NCBI GenBank assembly: GCA_044892525.1
Contig: CM097885.1
Coordinates: 24,678,001 to 24,742,000, forward strand
Length of the DNA stretch: 64,000 nt
Source: Schmidtea polychroa
Taxonomy: Eukaryota
Reading direction: 5' to 3'
Every line of letters starts with the position of its first letter. The first letter of the stretch is position 1. The translations under genes and the position numbers were made by a program. The notes under the pieces are model-generated. The model worked only from the letters and a program-made list of their open reading frames with translations. It was not told where the DNA came from and did no database searches. Below are positions 42,900 through 56,870 of the stretch, piece by piece.

Positions 42900-43450
42900 T
42901 TTGCTTGACTCCAAGTGTATAAGCCAACAAAGCATGCTCTTGAGTTTGACCAGTTTTTGAAATACCAACTTCAAATTCTCCAATAATCATCAGACCGTTT
43001 CCTTTTTGATAAAGGGTTTTTTGTATTCACTGGCTGCTTAGCAAGCACTGTATTGCAACATTTGATTGCAGATGGTTCCCAGTTTAATTTCAAATTACAA
43101 TGAGTCATATTCAAATATAATTTCACAACATGACCCCATCGAATTTTCTCCTCGTCATTAGTATCTTACGGCATAGCATATAATATATCCAATCCTCGTA
43201 AATATTCATTGAGCACAATTCCATAACGTTTGTTTCGAACAGCAGCATTGGCATCATTTCGACATTGAACAACTAATTTAATAATTTCATAGAAAGACAA
43301 TTCGAATCTTTCATCAGTAGATTTTTCAAAAAATTCACCAATAATGTCTGTCAATTTACTAGTCAATGCTTTCTACTTGACAAACGGAGTAGAATCAGAT
43401 TTCTCAACATCACCAACGTCATTATCAAAAGGTAGTGACAAACCCCATAA
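42900..43450 (-). pseudogene. FKBP6: FKBP6/Shutdown-like TPR co-chaperone pseudogene lacking the PPIase domain
   Basis: DVEKSDSTPFVK*KALTSKLTDIIGEFFEKSTDERFELSFYEIIKLVVQCRNDANAAVRNKRY...YLRGLDIL..*..KLYLNMTHCNLKL...[16 protein letters not shown], then after a frameshift [16 protein letters not shown]; stops, frameshifts, no introns. Confidence 0.65.
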
Positions 43451-44049
43451 AGTAGTGGTGATTGTTATTCTTCTCCACTAAAAAAAACTATCTTTTTCTT
43501 CAAAATCATTAGAATCTCTTCTTGTCCCAACAACTTAGTGATGTACTTTCTTTTCAGAATTCGATCTCTTTCATCTTCATTATCAAATTTCAAATAAACA
43601 TCCGTTGAGATTTCAATCCAATAATATCCAAAAACTTCAAAATTCCAATTTCGAACGAGCCAAAAATAACCAAAATAATAACAATTTTCGAACGATCCGC
43701 GTCTATGTGCACAGACATACAAGAACGAAATTTCAACAATAAACGCGCACACAGACGCAAAGGTATAAATTTGCAATAATGACGCACACAGCCAGTCATA
43801 TGGACAAGTTATTTCTCCATCCAAAAAGCTATTCCTACACTCTATAAATATTCAAATCTTCTTCATCGACCACTAACATTACTTGAGCATGAATGAAGCC
43901 CTAATGAATGACTTAAATTTATTTGGACATGTTAGTGAATATAAGAACATACATACGAAAATATATAAACCTTTCTTATTATTGTGTTATCGAATGTATT
44001 ATAAGAACTTTTTTCAATTTTCACCACTGATTTCTTTTCAATTGACACT

Positions 44050-44250
44050 GTATTTATTATAAAGCTTGACTATGAATCAGTAAAGATATCAATATTTTTT
44101 TGATATTCACAAATTTTCGGCACTGCTTTATTCAAGTGACTTTGAATCAAGTGATTTTGAATCACTTGAAAAAAGCAGTCCCGAAAATTTGCGAATATCA
44201 AAAAAATATTGATTCATACTGATTCATAGTCAAGCTTTTTAATAAATACA
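44050..44250. mobile_element. foldback MITE
   Basis: tgtatttattataaagcttgactatgaatcagta ... tactgattcatagtcaagctttttaataaataca. Confidence 0.8.
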
Positions 44251-45758
44251 AAGTAATTGAATGTGTTAATCATTCGAATTGAAATCTGAAAAACGAGCAA
44301 GGAATACGATACATAATAGGGAATGATTCATGCAAAAGATTCTCCCAAAACTCATTAAAAGTAAAATAAAATATTGATTAATTGTCTGAAAATAAATGAA
44401 AATGACGTAAATTTAATATTGGTTTTATATTTGATAAATTATGTGTCAGTCGGCATAGAACTCCGAGAAAAAGATTGGAATCGACAAAAGTAATTCGAGA
44501 ATTATAAGATATTCGTATCTTCGAAGTTTCCAAAAGCTTTGCTTTATTCTAAATTGAGATATGTCATTTGATCATTTAGAGTTATAGCATAAATATATCT
44601 GAAAAAATACTAATTGAAATTGAGATATTTGTTTAAATCAGAAAGATAATTGTAAAATTTTAATTTCCGGCAATTGTTTGATTCTCCCTTGCATCGGATT
44701 TTTTAATTATCAAATCATCAACTGTTTTCAAAATAAATTTCCTTGAACTTTAAATTTTTTCTATAGGTGCCGGCAAAAAAACTTAGTTTTAATCAATCAG
44801 AAAATATCTGAAGATCAAGGTTAACATTTCTTAGGTAGATCTTTCTTAGGTAAATTTTCAAAGACATATCATTAACTAAACTGGAAAGTTTAAGATTTAA
44901 ATTAAAACAAATTGCTTAGAGTTGGTTAAATGATTTAGCATAAAAGATGAAGACAAAGCAATGCGACATAAATTTCTTCGTTGCAAGGTTAATACGAAAT
45001 AACTTTTCTGCTACCGAAATCCACCGCTTTTTTGTGACAGGTGACAACAGATAAACCTGCACTTTTAATCAGTGCAATTAAAAAAACCTTTTTATTTCAA
45101 AATTAGATAATTATCAGTAAATTTTATTGTTTTATTTTATTACTAAATTTATTACACACCTTCACACAATATTTTTTTTCGTATGTATTAATTTCATATT
45201 CACTTATATTCCACTGAAAAAAATGATAGTAGCATGGAAAACAAGACTAAACAAATCATGTTTTTATAAATTATTTATTCAATGTGAATATTTCTTGCCT
45301 TAATCATAGAAATCATTCATTTCCAAAGAAGATAAGAGGGACTTCATTGACTACTGATATTGACTACTGATAAATTGAAAGTTAAAAATTTTTAATATGC
45401 TCTAAATAAAACTTGATTTTGTTGTTTTACCCCTTAACTGTTTTATTTTTTTGTAATTGTATGTCAATTCTGTCACTTAAGTTTGAGAATTTTTTTTAAA
45501 AATATTTTTTAAGCAGCATATTTACACATCTCTACGCATCAGCAATGTAGTAATTCCTCCTGAAGTGATATCTTTCTTTTTCAGATCAGTTTAAATTAAG
45601 GATTTTAAACAAATTTATTAATTATATTAAAAATTTATTAATATATAATTTTTTTTTATTTTATAAAAATAATTAAATGTTTCTATAAAATAAAAATTTT
45701 ATTTATATATAATTAATAAATTTGTTTAAAATCCTTAATTTAATTAGTTATTATATCC

Positions 45759-45797
45759 CACCTGATGATGACAGGAAAACTGTCAAAATATATCGTG
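45759..45797 (+). ncRNA. minimal type-I hammerhead ribozyme motif (degenerate)
   Basis: CAC-CTGATGA-T-GACAG-GAAAA-CTGTC-AAAA-TATATC-GTG; intact CUGAUGA and AUC site, G12 changed to A. Confidence 0.62.
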
Positions 45798-45949
45798 ATA
45801 AGAATGTTTGATTGGCGTTACTAATTATTTGTATTAGATTACGCATTGTACAAATAAATTGATAGATTAATCGGTCTTTGACCTTTGATGCCATATCAAA
45901 ACTTTATTTAATGTTTTAATTTAATTTAAATTAATCTTAAAAAAGACAG

Positions 45950-46598
45950 TTAACACCTTTATAAATTATTTCCACCAAGTAATACAATAAAATAAATGGA
46001 ATGACTATCTCCTTGTTCCTGGATGAATCAAATTGATAGACCTTTTTCTTTTTGAAATAAATATAATACATAGAATACTGTAATTTGGAGTCCTTGTCTT
46101 GGAGAGCATTAATGTTTAAAACAATCATTCGATCAATTTCTTCTTTATTTTTGAGATACATGCTTTACTGGAAGAAATTCACGAGAATGTAGGTGATCTA
46201 GATTTTGAACCGCAAGATCCCATTGATGGCAATGTGTCTGATAATATTTGAAAGACAAAGACGCAAAAACAAGTACTCATTTTTACATCTGTGAAAGTCG
46301 TTTTTGTAAGCAGCATTTCAAATTATTTGTGATATATCTAAGAATGGAGACATTATTCACCCTCAACATAAAAGTACAAAACACGCCTCTTAACCATCCG
46401 ACAATACTTCAGGATAATTTAATTCATCGAATTTTTCCATTTTTATGTTTAATTTTTCATTAGTTTCATTAAAAATAAAAATTTTGTAATAAAAACTAAA
46501 AAAAAGTTTTAACTTTAATTTTCTTGCATAATAAATGAATGGAGTAAATTTTACCCTAAAAACCAAACGATGTTTAAAAATCGTGAACTGACGGAGGG
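45950..46598 (+). mobile_element. piggyBac transposase 3' remnant
   Basis: KDAKTSTHFYICESRFCKQH (Cys-rich C-terminus) and right end ...gtaaattttaccc...gacggaggg|TTAA. Confidence 0.6.
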
Positions 46599-46929
46599 TT
46601 AATGCAACCATTTCAAATGCTATGACATAAAATTTTAAAACAATGTAGTTCCGATAAAATGAAAATTGACGGTTAACATGTCAAAGCATATTCACCGGTC
46701 ACTGTTAGGGGGAATGCTTACATGGCTCGCATACTGTTCCCTGGCAATTTACTCGATTTAAGCGGCACTGCGACCTCAAAAAGTAGGTTTAAATATTCAA
46801 AAAATACTAGAAATATTTGAGTTTATTATATAATATTTGATTTTAGTTTAAAATGTCATAGAATTAAATTTGAATAATAAAACAAAACAAAATAAAACAT
46901 GTCCTTTTTAGAGAGAGGTTTTTATTTCT

Positions 46930-47440
46930 CGAAATCACAAGCAACTACCAAAATTAAAGGTTTCTGCTATTTTTCTTAACCGTTTTACAAGATGTTTCTT
47001 CTGAATTTCTTGATCATTATTTATGTCTTCATTCATTTCAAATTTCCAATGAGTTTAACGAAGTTCCTTCTCATGATGTATATCTTGTATGTTAGAGGCT
47101 TCTTTCAACTGATACATTACATTTCACATCACCTGTCCTTATAGAAATCGGTGTAATAAACTTGAAGTGTTCTAATTTTTTATCTGGGTTAGTAATGTAA
47201 ATCAAGTAATATGTTTGAAAATTGAACTATGAATCGTCCAAACAATAATTCTGATGAAGTTCCATTCCTGCTTTCCGCGATCATAGAAGCATGGTATTTG
47301 AGTAAAAGCCTTTTGGAGAAAATTATGTGTCACCCTTTATTGCTGACAATATCTTTAAAGTACGTTTGATTATTCACACCATTCTCTCCACGAGTCCATT
47401 AGAACATGCATGATGTTTCAGAGACACTCCCTTTGCTTAA
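46930..47440 (-). mobile_element. gypsy integrase core remnant
   Basis: HHACSNGLVERMV*IIKRTLK ... GTSSELLFGR. Confidence 0.7.
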
Positions 47441-47758
47441 TATCATCTGATACAAACTCGATCATTTGGATAAATTAAATTATGCATTTTCGTTGTAGCT
47501 ATAGAAATGAGTTCACAAATAAAGTTTTTACATATCAGGACCAAAAACCTAGAAAAATTATTAATAAAACCTTTATTAAATAATAAGAGATAGTTCTTTT
47601 TATTAATATGTTTATTAATATCTTTCAAAATTTGATTTGGAATTCTTTTAATATTTACATCCTCAAGAGTATCTGCTGGGCCTAAATAAATGTGTTGAGG
47701 ATACCTAAATAACAATTTATAAAGAAATAAATAAAATTACCTGGGGGGAAGATCGCCA

Positions 47759-48564
47759 TGACAAACGGGACGATCTATGGGAACTCAGAAAAGAAAACGG
47801 AAGTAAAAAGAAATTAAAACTGAGAAAGATAAAGGAAATAAAATGAATTAAACATATAAAATAAAAACCAAGGTCAGTACTAATTAATTAGTACAAAAAG
47901 GAAAAGGAATTTTGAAATCAGGAAAAAGGAAAACACCAATATCCTTATCTCGAGAGCTGCCAGTGATAACATAATTGATGGGAGAAGGCGGTCAAACAAA
48001 AAAGGAAAAGGGGAAAAACAACTTGACAGCCGCCAGAGATAAAAATGGAACAGTCGGGGAAGCAGGAGAAAGAAAATGGAAAAGAAAATGGAGTGCCACA
48101 AGGGAAGCAAACTATATAAAAGAAAATTAGTGGACACAGAATCAAAACAAAACAAAACGAAATTTGAGACAAAAAGTAGAGTAAAATTAGAAGCGAAAAG
48201 AGTTAAAAAGGAGAAATCAAAACAGATTGAAAATAGAAGTGACGAGAATCTTTTATAAAATTGAATATAAAGTAAAAGTAGAGTAAATAAATTGGGTGGT
48301 CAAAGCAAATAGAACAATCGATCAACGTATCCTGTAATTGAGTAGTTGACGGCTAGTGCTCATTGTTGTGATTACAGAAAGGGCTATTCTTCACGTAGTG
48401 TCGAAATAAGCTCTGTGTGATAAATTGGTTTATTGTTCGTAACTGAAATTTGTACAATTCCGTGTGGATATTAATAAAACTTATTGTTTTCGAGAGTGTT
48501 GAATTGTGAATTAATAAACACGCTTTGGAGTCAGAGTAAGAGTTTGAATTTACAAATATTGTCA
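47759..48564. mobile_element. probable LTR
   Basis: TGACAA...TTGTCA inverted termini; adjacent minus-strand TGGCGATC (PBS-like) and plus-strand GGGGGGAAGA (PPT-like); orientation ambiguous. Confidence 0.45.
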
Positions 48565-49134
48565 CCAACTCGATAACCCAACAAATGCATGAATCCATGT
48601 TTCGCTATATTTCCCGATCAGCATTGTTCTCACAGTAAAATTTTCAGCCTAATAAAACTATATAAAAAGTTAAAATTATAAAAAATTATTACTTAAAATA
48701 TATGAAAAATTTAACCAATTTCAATTTTAATCAAAATTTCTGATCTAAATTTATTCAATTTGATACATTTTATTATTAATAATTAAATTAATTATAAAAA
48801 ATTTTTAATTCAATTTTCTTACAACATATTTTCATAAACACTAAAATTTTCCTTTATTACTGAAAAATTGAAATTAATAAGCAACTATTACAATTATTCA
48901 TTTAATTAGAAAGAAAAAAATCAAATGAGATAATTGTTTTAAATTATTAATTCTGTCAACTTTTATTTGAACGCAATATCAAATGTTGATTTAATTCATG
49001 AAAAGTTAAATGGATTTTTAAACGTATTTCGAAGTAAGTTGATTTTGAATTTGAACTTAAATGAAATTTTACATGAAATCCTTAATTAATTGGCAAGTTT
49101 GTTAAAATATTTTTCTTTATTGAAAGTTCTACAA

Positions 49135-50091
49135 ATGGATGTTGGTCAGAGTCCAATTCAATTTATTGATCAACCCGGCACCAATTCTAGAACTCCTAAT
49201 TCATATTATTATGGCAACTCAAATAACAATAACAATCAGCTGCCGTCGACTTCATCCATTGGAGCATTGTCAACCCGGCTCCATCAGTTGAGGCCAGCTG
49301 GAAGTGTACCGTTTAGTTCTCGGACGAATCCTAATCAAATTTCTTCAACAATGCCTCGACAAAAACCATCCCAAAATGCTCTCGAAAGCGATATTTCCGG
49401 ATATCAATACAACACACAGACGTTGCCACTGGTGACCCAATATTCGACCAATAAATCCATTAGCACACAAAACTTAAGCTCTATTGGCAACCAATATTAT
49501 TCTTATCGAGATCGAATGCCACTGGACAATCAGATGATTGTTACGAATCCAATTAATGAAAGACCTCGACCGGCGAGTGCTAGAGATCCAGGATTTACCG
49601 ACCTCATGGATATGCCTACTCCACAACAACGTCGACTCTATGAAACCCTTTATACACCGAGGCATTCGCAGACAAATCAACAAAAACTAAATGCCTCTAG
49701 ATTTCGACAACAAAGATCATCATCGTTTGATTATGAACGTGATCCCACATTAATGGGATCACTGAGGCCTCAAATACCTTTGCCTCCTCCTATGGCACAA
49801 AACATTTATCCCGCACCTATAATGAGCTCCAATCCAGGCTATGACTACCATTTTCCCATGATTGATAATGTTATTATGGATTATCAAACTGATTTATTTT
49901 CCATTCAACGAGAGCTGGCAAAATGCCAACAGGAATTGGAATTGACAAAAGAAAAGCTGGCCTCTTCGATTAACTCTATCAAATCCTTTTGGAGTCCAGA
50001 ATTGAAAAGAGAAAGAAGCATGAGAAAAGATGAAAATTCTAAATACGTTTTATTGGCAGAGGAATTGCACCAACTTCAAATGGAAAAAAAG
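49135..50091 (+). CDS. ERC1: ELKS/ERC/CAST (Bruchpilot-type) active-zone scaffold, first coding exon
   Basis: disordered S/P/Q-rich N-terminus, then QQELELTKEKLASSINSIKSFWSPELKRERSMRKDENSK, the family motif; acceptor at 49125-26, ATG at 49135, donor AAG|gttaac; probable 5' UTR intron 49034-49126. Confidence 0.9.
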
Positions 50092-50120
50092 GTTAACTTA
50101 TTTTAATTAATTAACTAATT

Positions 50121-50362
<242 letters not shown>

Positions 50363-51494
50363 TTGTTTTTGTTGTTTTTGTGTTTTGGTTGACAGAAATG
50401 ATTACTGGACCCCACCATATCTATTTTAAACTCATTTTATTGCGCAGTAACAGAATGTCAGAAATAATGATCCTTCGTTTATCAAAAAGGGTTTCCAACC
50501 TAATTTTAACTTGTATAATGAGGTAATTGAATAAATTCTGTCAACTTACTTTGGCGCTTGAATTTATTTGGGCCGGATAATTATCACTTCTGACTCTTCT
50601 TGTCCATATTTAATGAACAAGACACAACACGTCTTATTTTCAACAAATGTTTTACAAAATATATTCGCAATTTCAGTCAATTATAACAAATAAATATAAA
50701 CACAATCCATTCTAATATTATAAATTCGATTTTTAATTGTATAACTACCACAAATTACTTGAGGATGACTCGATGAGATCAATAAATTTTAATTAATTAA
50801 TTAATTAGTTTATATTTCTATATCTACACCTCATAGGGATCAATTTTTAGTTTTAAATTATTCGATATGCATTTATGTATTTTTAATTCCCACCTATTTT
50901 TGGTTTCCCCTTAATTTTGTTGGAAGTATAATGTTGGGGTTGTATAAAATAAATGCAATGTAAACGTAGTCATGAATTTATCAAAATTTTATTAAAAAGT
51001 ATTTTAAATTTAGTGAGTCTTCAATTTATTTTTTCCATTCCTGCTAAAGTAATAAATTCTAGTCAGTAAGAAACCATGATTCTAAGCGTGAAATTAACAA
51101 ATTTTCAATAAAACTCGGTATAATCCGTCAAAAAAGAAAATCCCATATTTTAAATAAATTTTCAAAAATCTCTTATTATTTACAATAATTAACTTACTTA
51201 AATCATCTTTTCTAAATAATTAATAAAAATTTTTATTAAAAATAATTATTAAATTAAATTTTATATGAAAATGTTATTTATAAATTAAATTAAAAATATT
51301 CAAGTAAAATGACCTTATAAAATGGCCAATAAAAATAAATTAATTCTAGCCATGTAATGTATAACAATCCAATACGACAACAAATTTATTATCGAATAGA
51401 ACCGAGTGTATAATAGTTTCAAATGCAAATTTTAATTCAATTCTAAATATTATAAGAACTTTTTTTTCCAATTTCACCATTGATTATTTTTTCC

Positions 51495-51695
51495 ATTGAA
51501 TTTATTAAAAAGAGCGCTTGAAGACTATAAATCAGTAATATATCGATGTTTGCTGATACTCACGAATTTTCGGAACTGCCTTTTTTTCAAGTGAAATTCA
51601 CTTGAAAAAGGCAGTGCCGAAAATTCATGAGTATCAACAAACATCGATATATTACTGATTTATAGTCTTCAAGCGCTCTTTTTAATAAATTCAAT
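51495..51695. mobile_element. near-perfect ~200-bp foldback MITE
   Basis: attgaatttattaaaaagagcgcttgaagactataaatcagtaatatatcgatg ... its reverse complement; half copies at ~26195-26290, 34170-34260 and 38380-38466. Confidence 0.88.
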
Positions 51696-54026
51696 TCTAA
51701 AGCTCTTTAATCATAACATTTTTTGTGCTTGTTTTTTAAAATTTTCTAACAATCTTCTCTGATAAAAAGTGTAATCAATTCTCAACAAATGTATGGAACT
51801 TTAGCATGGAAATTTACACTAAAACATTTGAAATGTATTTGATATATTATTAAATGCATCCAAAGTTGATAAATAATTACATGACTTTTACTTAGACCTT
51901 TGTTACAGATAGGAAGGGAAAATGTTATCCTGAAATACAATTTATTTTATTTTTTTTTATATTTTATTTGTACAAAAGTTATTTGCGTTTTACCCACCAA
52001 ATTACCCAAATTACAACAGAAAAATAGAGATACATTTTGTCAATAAATTTACCAAATAAATATTTCTAAAACACTAACAATTTATTTTTAATAGAGAAAG
52101 ACAATTTATACAAGAAATTAAGTTTTTGGTAAAGAAAACGCCGGTATGACGAACTAGATTAAATAAAAAAATAGCCTGCCATGCTCATTTATGAATTTTT
52201 TCTCTACCCTGTACTACTGGAAATCACATAAAAATCTAGATTTTAGTGTAAATAACTTACAGACGTAATTAGGACGGCAATTATGTAATTAAATAAGTAT
52301 TGTTGTTAAATTAGACTGTAACTATAGTTTTTTAATAAATTTACTCAGTTCTCTAAAAAAGATGCCGTGTACCTTAAACCATTTGAAATGATCTGTATAA
52401 TTTATTATATGTGGCCATATGGTAGTCTACCTGAAGAATAATTTGGTAACTAAGATTTCCTTGAGAGGTTGGTAGTTACTTCTTAGCGGTAGACAATTTT
52501 GATAATGTATATCTTATTGTCAAAGACTTAGATACTTAATCTTTTACTTATTATACAGCAATTCATAACTTTAACACAGTTATTACAATTAATTAAACTT
52601 TTGATTATAAATCTGATGTATTAAAATTTAATTTTTTAAATAAAATATGCTGTAATACATTAAATTACAAAATAAACAATATTTATTTAAATTGAACGAT
52701 GAAAATCTACAATGATATAAAATGATTCTTAAATATAATAAAAAAATAATTTGAAATATTTTTACTATAACATTTCAAAATTATCAAATAAATTAAAAAT
52801 AAAATGAATTAAATTCTATTTAAAGTTATATAATATTTCTATTTTTTAAAATTAATTATTAGAATTTTCCATTTAACAGAATGGCATCTAAACACCAGGA
52901 ATATAATTTTTATTTATAAATGATGCAATTTGAATGCATTAACATTACAAATAATATATATATATATATATATATATAATAGTTTTTTTATTTTTAATTC
53001 AGACTCAATTTCTCTTTACATTTATTTATTAAAATCTGCATCTTTAATGTATATATGATGTGTAAACAGATGACAAAAAATCTATGCAAATGAAATATAA
53101 AACCAAGAAATTGTGATAAATAATCACAATAAAATGAACGTTGAAAAATTATCATCTAAATCTTAGTGTAACTTCTACAAAAAAATATACTTTGAAAGTA
53201 ATTAAATAGAATTAGCATTTAATTTCCAGTTTTAAATAGATTTAAATAATATAATAAAAGTAGATAATAAAATTATCAATTAAAATAATAAATTAAATAT
53301 CAATATCGAAGTTATTAATTAGTTTGATGGTAAATTAAATATATTCAAGAATGATTGAAAATGAAAATATAAAATATTTATTGAATGCTTGTGTACGAAT
53401 ATTCCCTATTCAATTAATAACTCATGCGTGCGAAAATATCCTTAAAACAATAAACAGAGATTGTTTTTAAATTAGAGAGATTTTTGTGTGTTGTGTTTTA
53501 AAATATAGTTTTATTTTGTTTTGAAATATTATGGATGTTATTATGTATATTATCATTAAGATTAATTTTCCAATTGATGAGATATTATTTCCGCAATATA
53601 TGCCAAACAATAATTGTCAAATATATATAAATTAATAAAAATATTTATCACTAATAAATCTTTATAAAACAATAAATGTTCAAAATCACATAAATCTATT
53701 ATTAGAAAACACCCGGGAATACACAAAAACAATTCACTAAAGAAAGACAATGAAACCGGACCATAATTTCATATTTAATTACTAATTTTTCAAAGGATTT
53801 ACGAAATTGTTTAAACAGAAGGACATAAGAAATGTATTAATAAGTTGTCTAACTATTATTCATGCTGTGACAATATAAAATTCAAAATATCTATTAAAAT
53901 TAATGTTAATTCCAATATAAGTTAACAATAATTTCAATATCTTTATTATTTAAGTGAATAAATAAATTAATAAATAATAATAATATTAATAATTATAATA
54001 ATAATAATAATAATAACAACAATAAC

Positions 54027-54081
<55 letters not shown>

Positions 54082-54518
54082 GCAATGATATTAATAACAA
54101 TGATAATAAATAACAATATTGTTCATGTGTTTATTGCTTGTATAATATTATTCATATCTAAATAAAGTAGACGGAAATTTCTTTTCTAGTTGTAAATAAA
54201 TGAATTGAGAATTCAGGATAATTGCTAGTCTAAGCAATGATTACTTATAAATTACGTTTCTATTTATTTGTTAGATGATTTCTGTTGTGAATTTGTTAAT
54301 ACTCTAATTATTCATATTATACAATTTAAATGTCGACTAAAAATTTCCAAAATATAATCCAATTATTATTTGAAATAGTTTTATATATTATTGTCTAAAA
54401 ATTCGCATTAATGTATGCATTTACTAGCAACTGTATACTTTAGCTGAATTTAAAACAATAACTGTAACATACATTATCTAGGTAATGATTACATTGTCCA
54501 AATTTGACCTTTAAATGC

Positions 54519-54649
<131 letters not shown>

Positions 54650-55305
54650 TTATTGCTTAACAGTCACTTATTGGTTATGCTGAAACATTAAAAACCTGTT
54701 GAGTAACAGGCAAAAGATATTAGCATGAATATAACGCGACTCCGAATTTAGAAAAAACATACTCATAAAAAAATTAAAATTAAGGAAAATTCAATCAGAT
54801 AAGCGTGGTTAGGTAATTAAAAAATTAAAAGTAATACATAAGTTATATTCATAACAATAAATTTAATTAATTTAAACCAAAATTTAATAAAAATAATATG
54901 TTAAAAATTGTTGCGTTATATTCGGGCTAATACGGTAGTTAAATAGCCACTAAAGAATGAAGCACGTAAAATATTATCACACTGCCTAAAAGGAATAGAT
55001 TTAAAATGCATGCATTTGATGTCATAAATTGAAGAGTTCTTTCTGAACTGTAAAAAAGTAAAAGTCTACAATAATTTTCGCATTAAATTTTTGTTTTTAA
55101 ATCCGCTAACAGAATTAAACAATAATGATATTTGAAGAAAAGGAACAGATATGTTACAAACATACGAAAATTATTTAGAAGATTATTTTATTGATGAACA
55201 CATTCATTTTAGTGAATGTTTAAGTCTCAATAATTCGAGCTTAAATGTTTTAAATTCACTAATTCATAAAAAATTGTAAACCATGTACCCGAAATTTGAA
55301 ATTAG

Positions 55306-55678
55306 GGTACTTCCGTGTTATTTTACCCCCAAAAATTAAATTAAAAAAGAACACATATAATTATTATATTTATTTTCTAAATCACAGTTACAAACTCAGC
55401 AAATGTTTGTAAAGAGTTTGTAAATGGTCATCCAGGTGGCCAGAAAACCACAATGTCGTTGAGAATAGTGTCGAATACATTGGCACTGTTGCTTAGAACA
55501 CGTTTGCGCCACATTAACTCACAATCACATAATCACATAAATCACAGATAGCCTTAATAAATTCATGTTCAATAATGTTCAATAACGTCATCAATAATGT
55601 ATTCTCTCATTTTTTATATTGTTATTTTAATTGTATTTTATAATTTAATTTTTGGGAGTAAGATAACACGAAAGTACC
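55306..55678. mobile_element. MITE inside the hAT remnant
   Basis: 38-bp TIR ggtacttccgtgttattttacccccaaaaattaaatta (3 mismatches); flanks gaaattag / aaaattag. Confidence 0.8.
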
Positions 55679-56870
55679 AAAATTAGTTAAAAAAATATAT
55701 TTAACAACACTGTCACAAGAGGCCGCACTGGCCATATAATTCAAACATAAATTTATTTACATAAGTGTAAAATTTTTACCAATAACTATATTTACTAAAA
55801 TTATATATAATTAAAATCAATATCAAATTATTTATAAATAACATTTGAATTTAAAACAAGAAAAAGAGTTTGTTTAAAAAATCAAAAACAGATGTATTCA
55901 GTCAGAAAAGAATGCAAAAAACAAGAAACTTTATATTCATTGAATTTTCAATGAATTCAATTTATGACACCCAAAAATTATATTCTAATTCTCTTTCCTG
56001 TATCGAACAATCCTTGGCAAAATGTATTCTCTCATTTTTTATATTGTTATTTTAATTGTATTTTATAATTTAATTTTTGGGAGTAAGATAACACGAAAGT
56101 ACCAAAATTAGTTAAAAAAATATATTTAACAACACTGTCACAAGAGGCCGCACTGGCCATATAATTCAAACATAAATTTATTTACATAAGTGTAAAATTT
56201 TTACCAATAACTATATTTACTAAAATTATATATAATTAAAATCAATATCAAATTATTTATAAATAACATTTGAATTTAAAACAAGAAAAAGAGTTTGTTT
56301 AAAAAATCAAAAACAGATGTATTCAGTCAGAAAAGAATGCAAAAAACAAGAAACTTTATATTCATTGAATTTTCAATGAATTCAATTTATGACACCCAAA
56401 AATTATATTCTAATTCTCTTTCCTGTATCGAACAATCCTTGGCAAAATGTATTCTCTCATTTTTTATATTGTTATTTTAATTGTATTTTATAATTTAATT
56501 TTTGGGAGTAAGATAACACGAAAGTACCAAAATTAGTTAAAAAAATATATTTAACAACACTGTCACAAGAGGCCGCACTGGCCATATAATTCAAACATAA
56601 ATTTATTTACATAAGTGTAAAATTTTTACCAATAACTATATTTACTAAAATTATATATAATTAAAATCAATATCAAATTATTTATAAATAACATTTGAAT
56701 TTAAAACAAGAAAAAGAGTTTGTTTAAAAAATCAAAAACAGATGTATTCAGTCAGAAAAGAATGCAAAAAACAAGAAACTTTATATTCATTGAATTTTCA
56801 ATGAATTCAATTTATGACACCCAAAAATTATATTCTAATTCTCTTTCCTGTATCGAACAATCCTTGGCAA
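55596..56870 (+). repeat. tandem triplication, 3 x 425 bp
   Basis: units start at 55596, 56021 and 56446; identical ORF starts at 55870, 56295 and 56720. Confidence 0.95.

Noticed and set aside
49090..49134. ORF-track N-terminus MASLLKYFSLLKVLQ
   Set aside because: TTG start lies within a probable 5' UTR intron; the ATG at 49135 follows the acceptor
52085..52135. Candidate second ERC exon
   Set aside because: Stop codon in the required phase and no coiled-coil similarity
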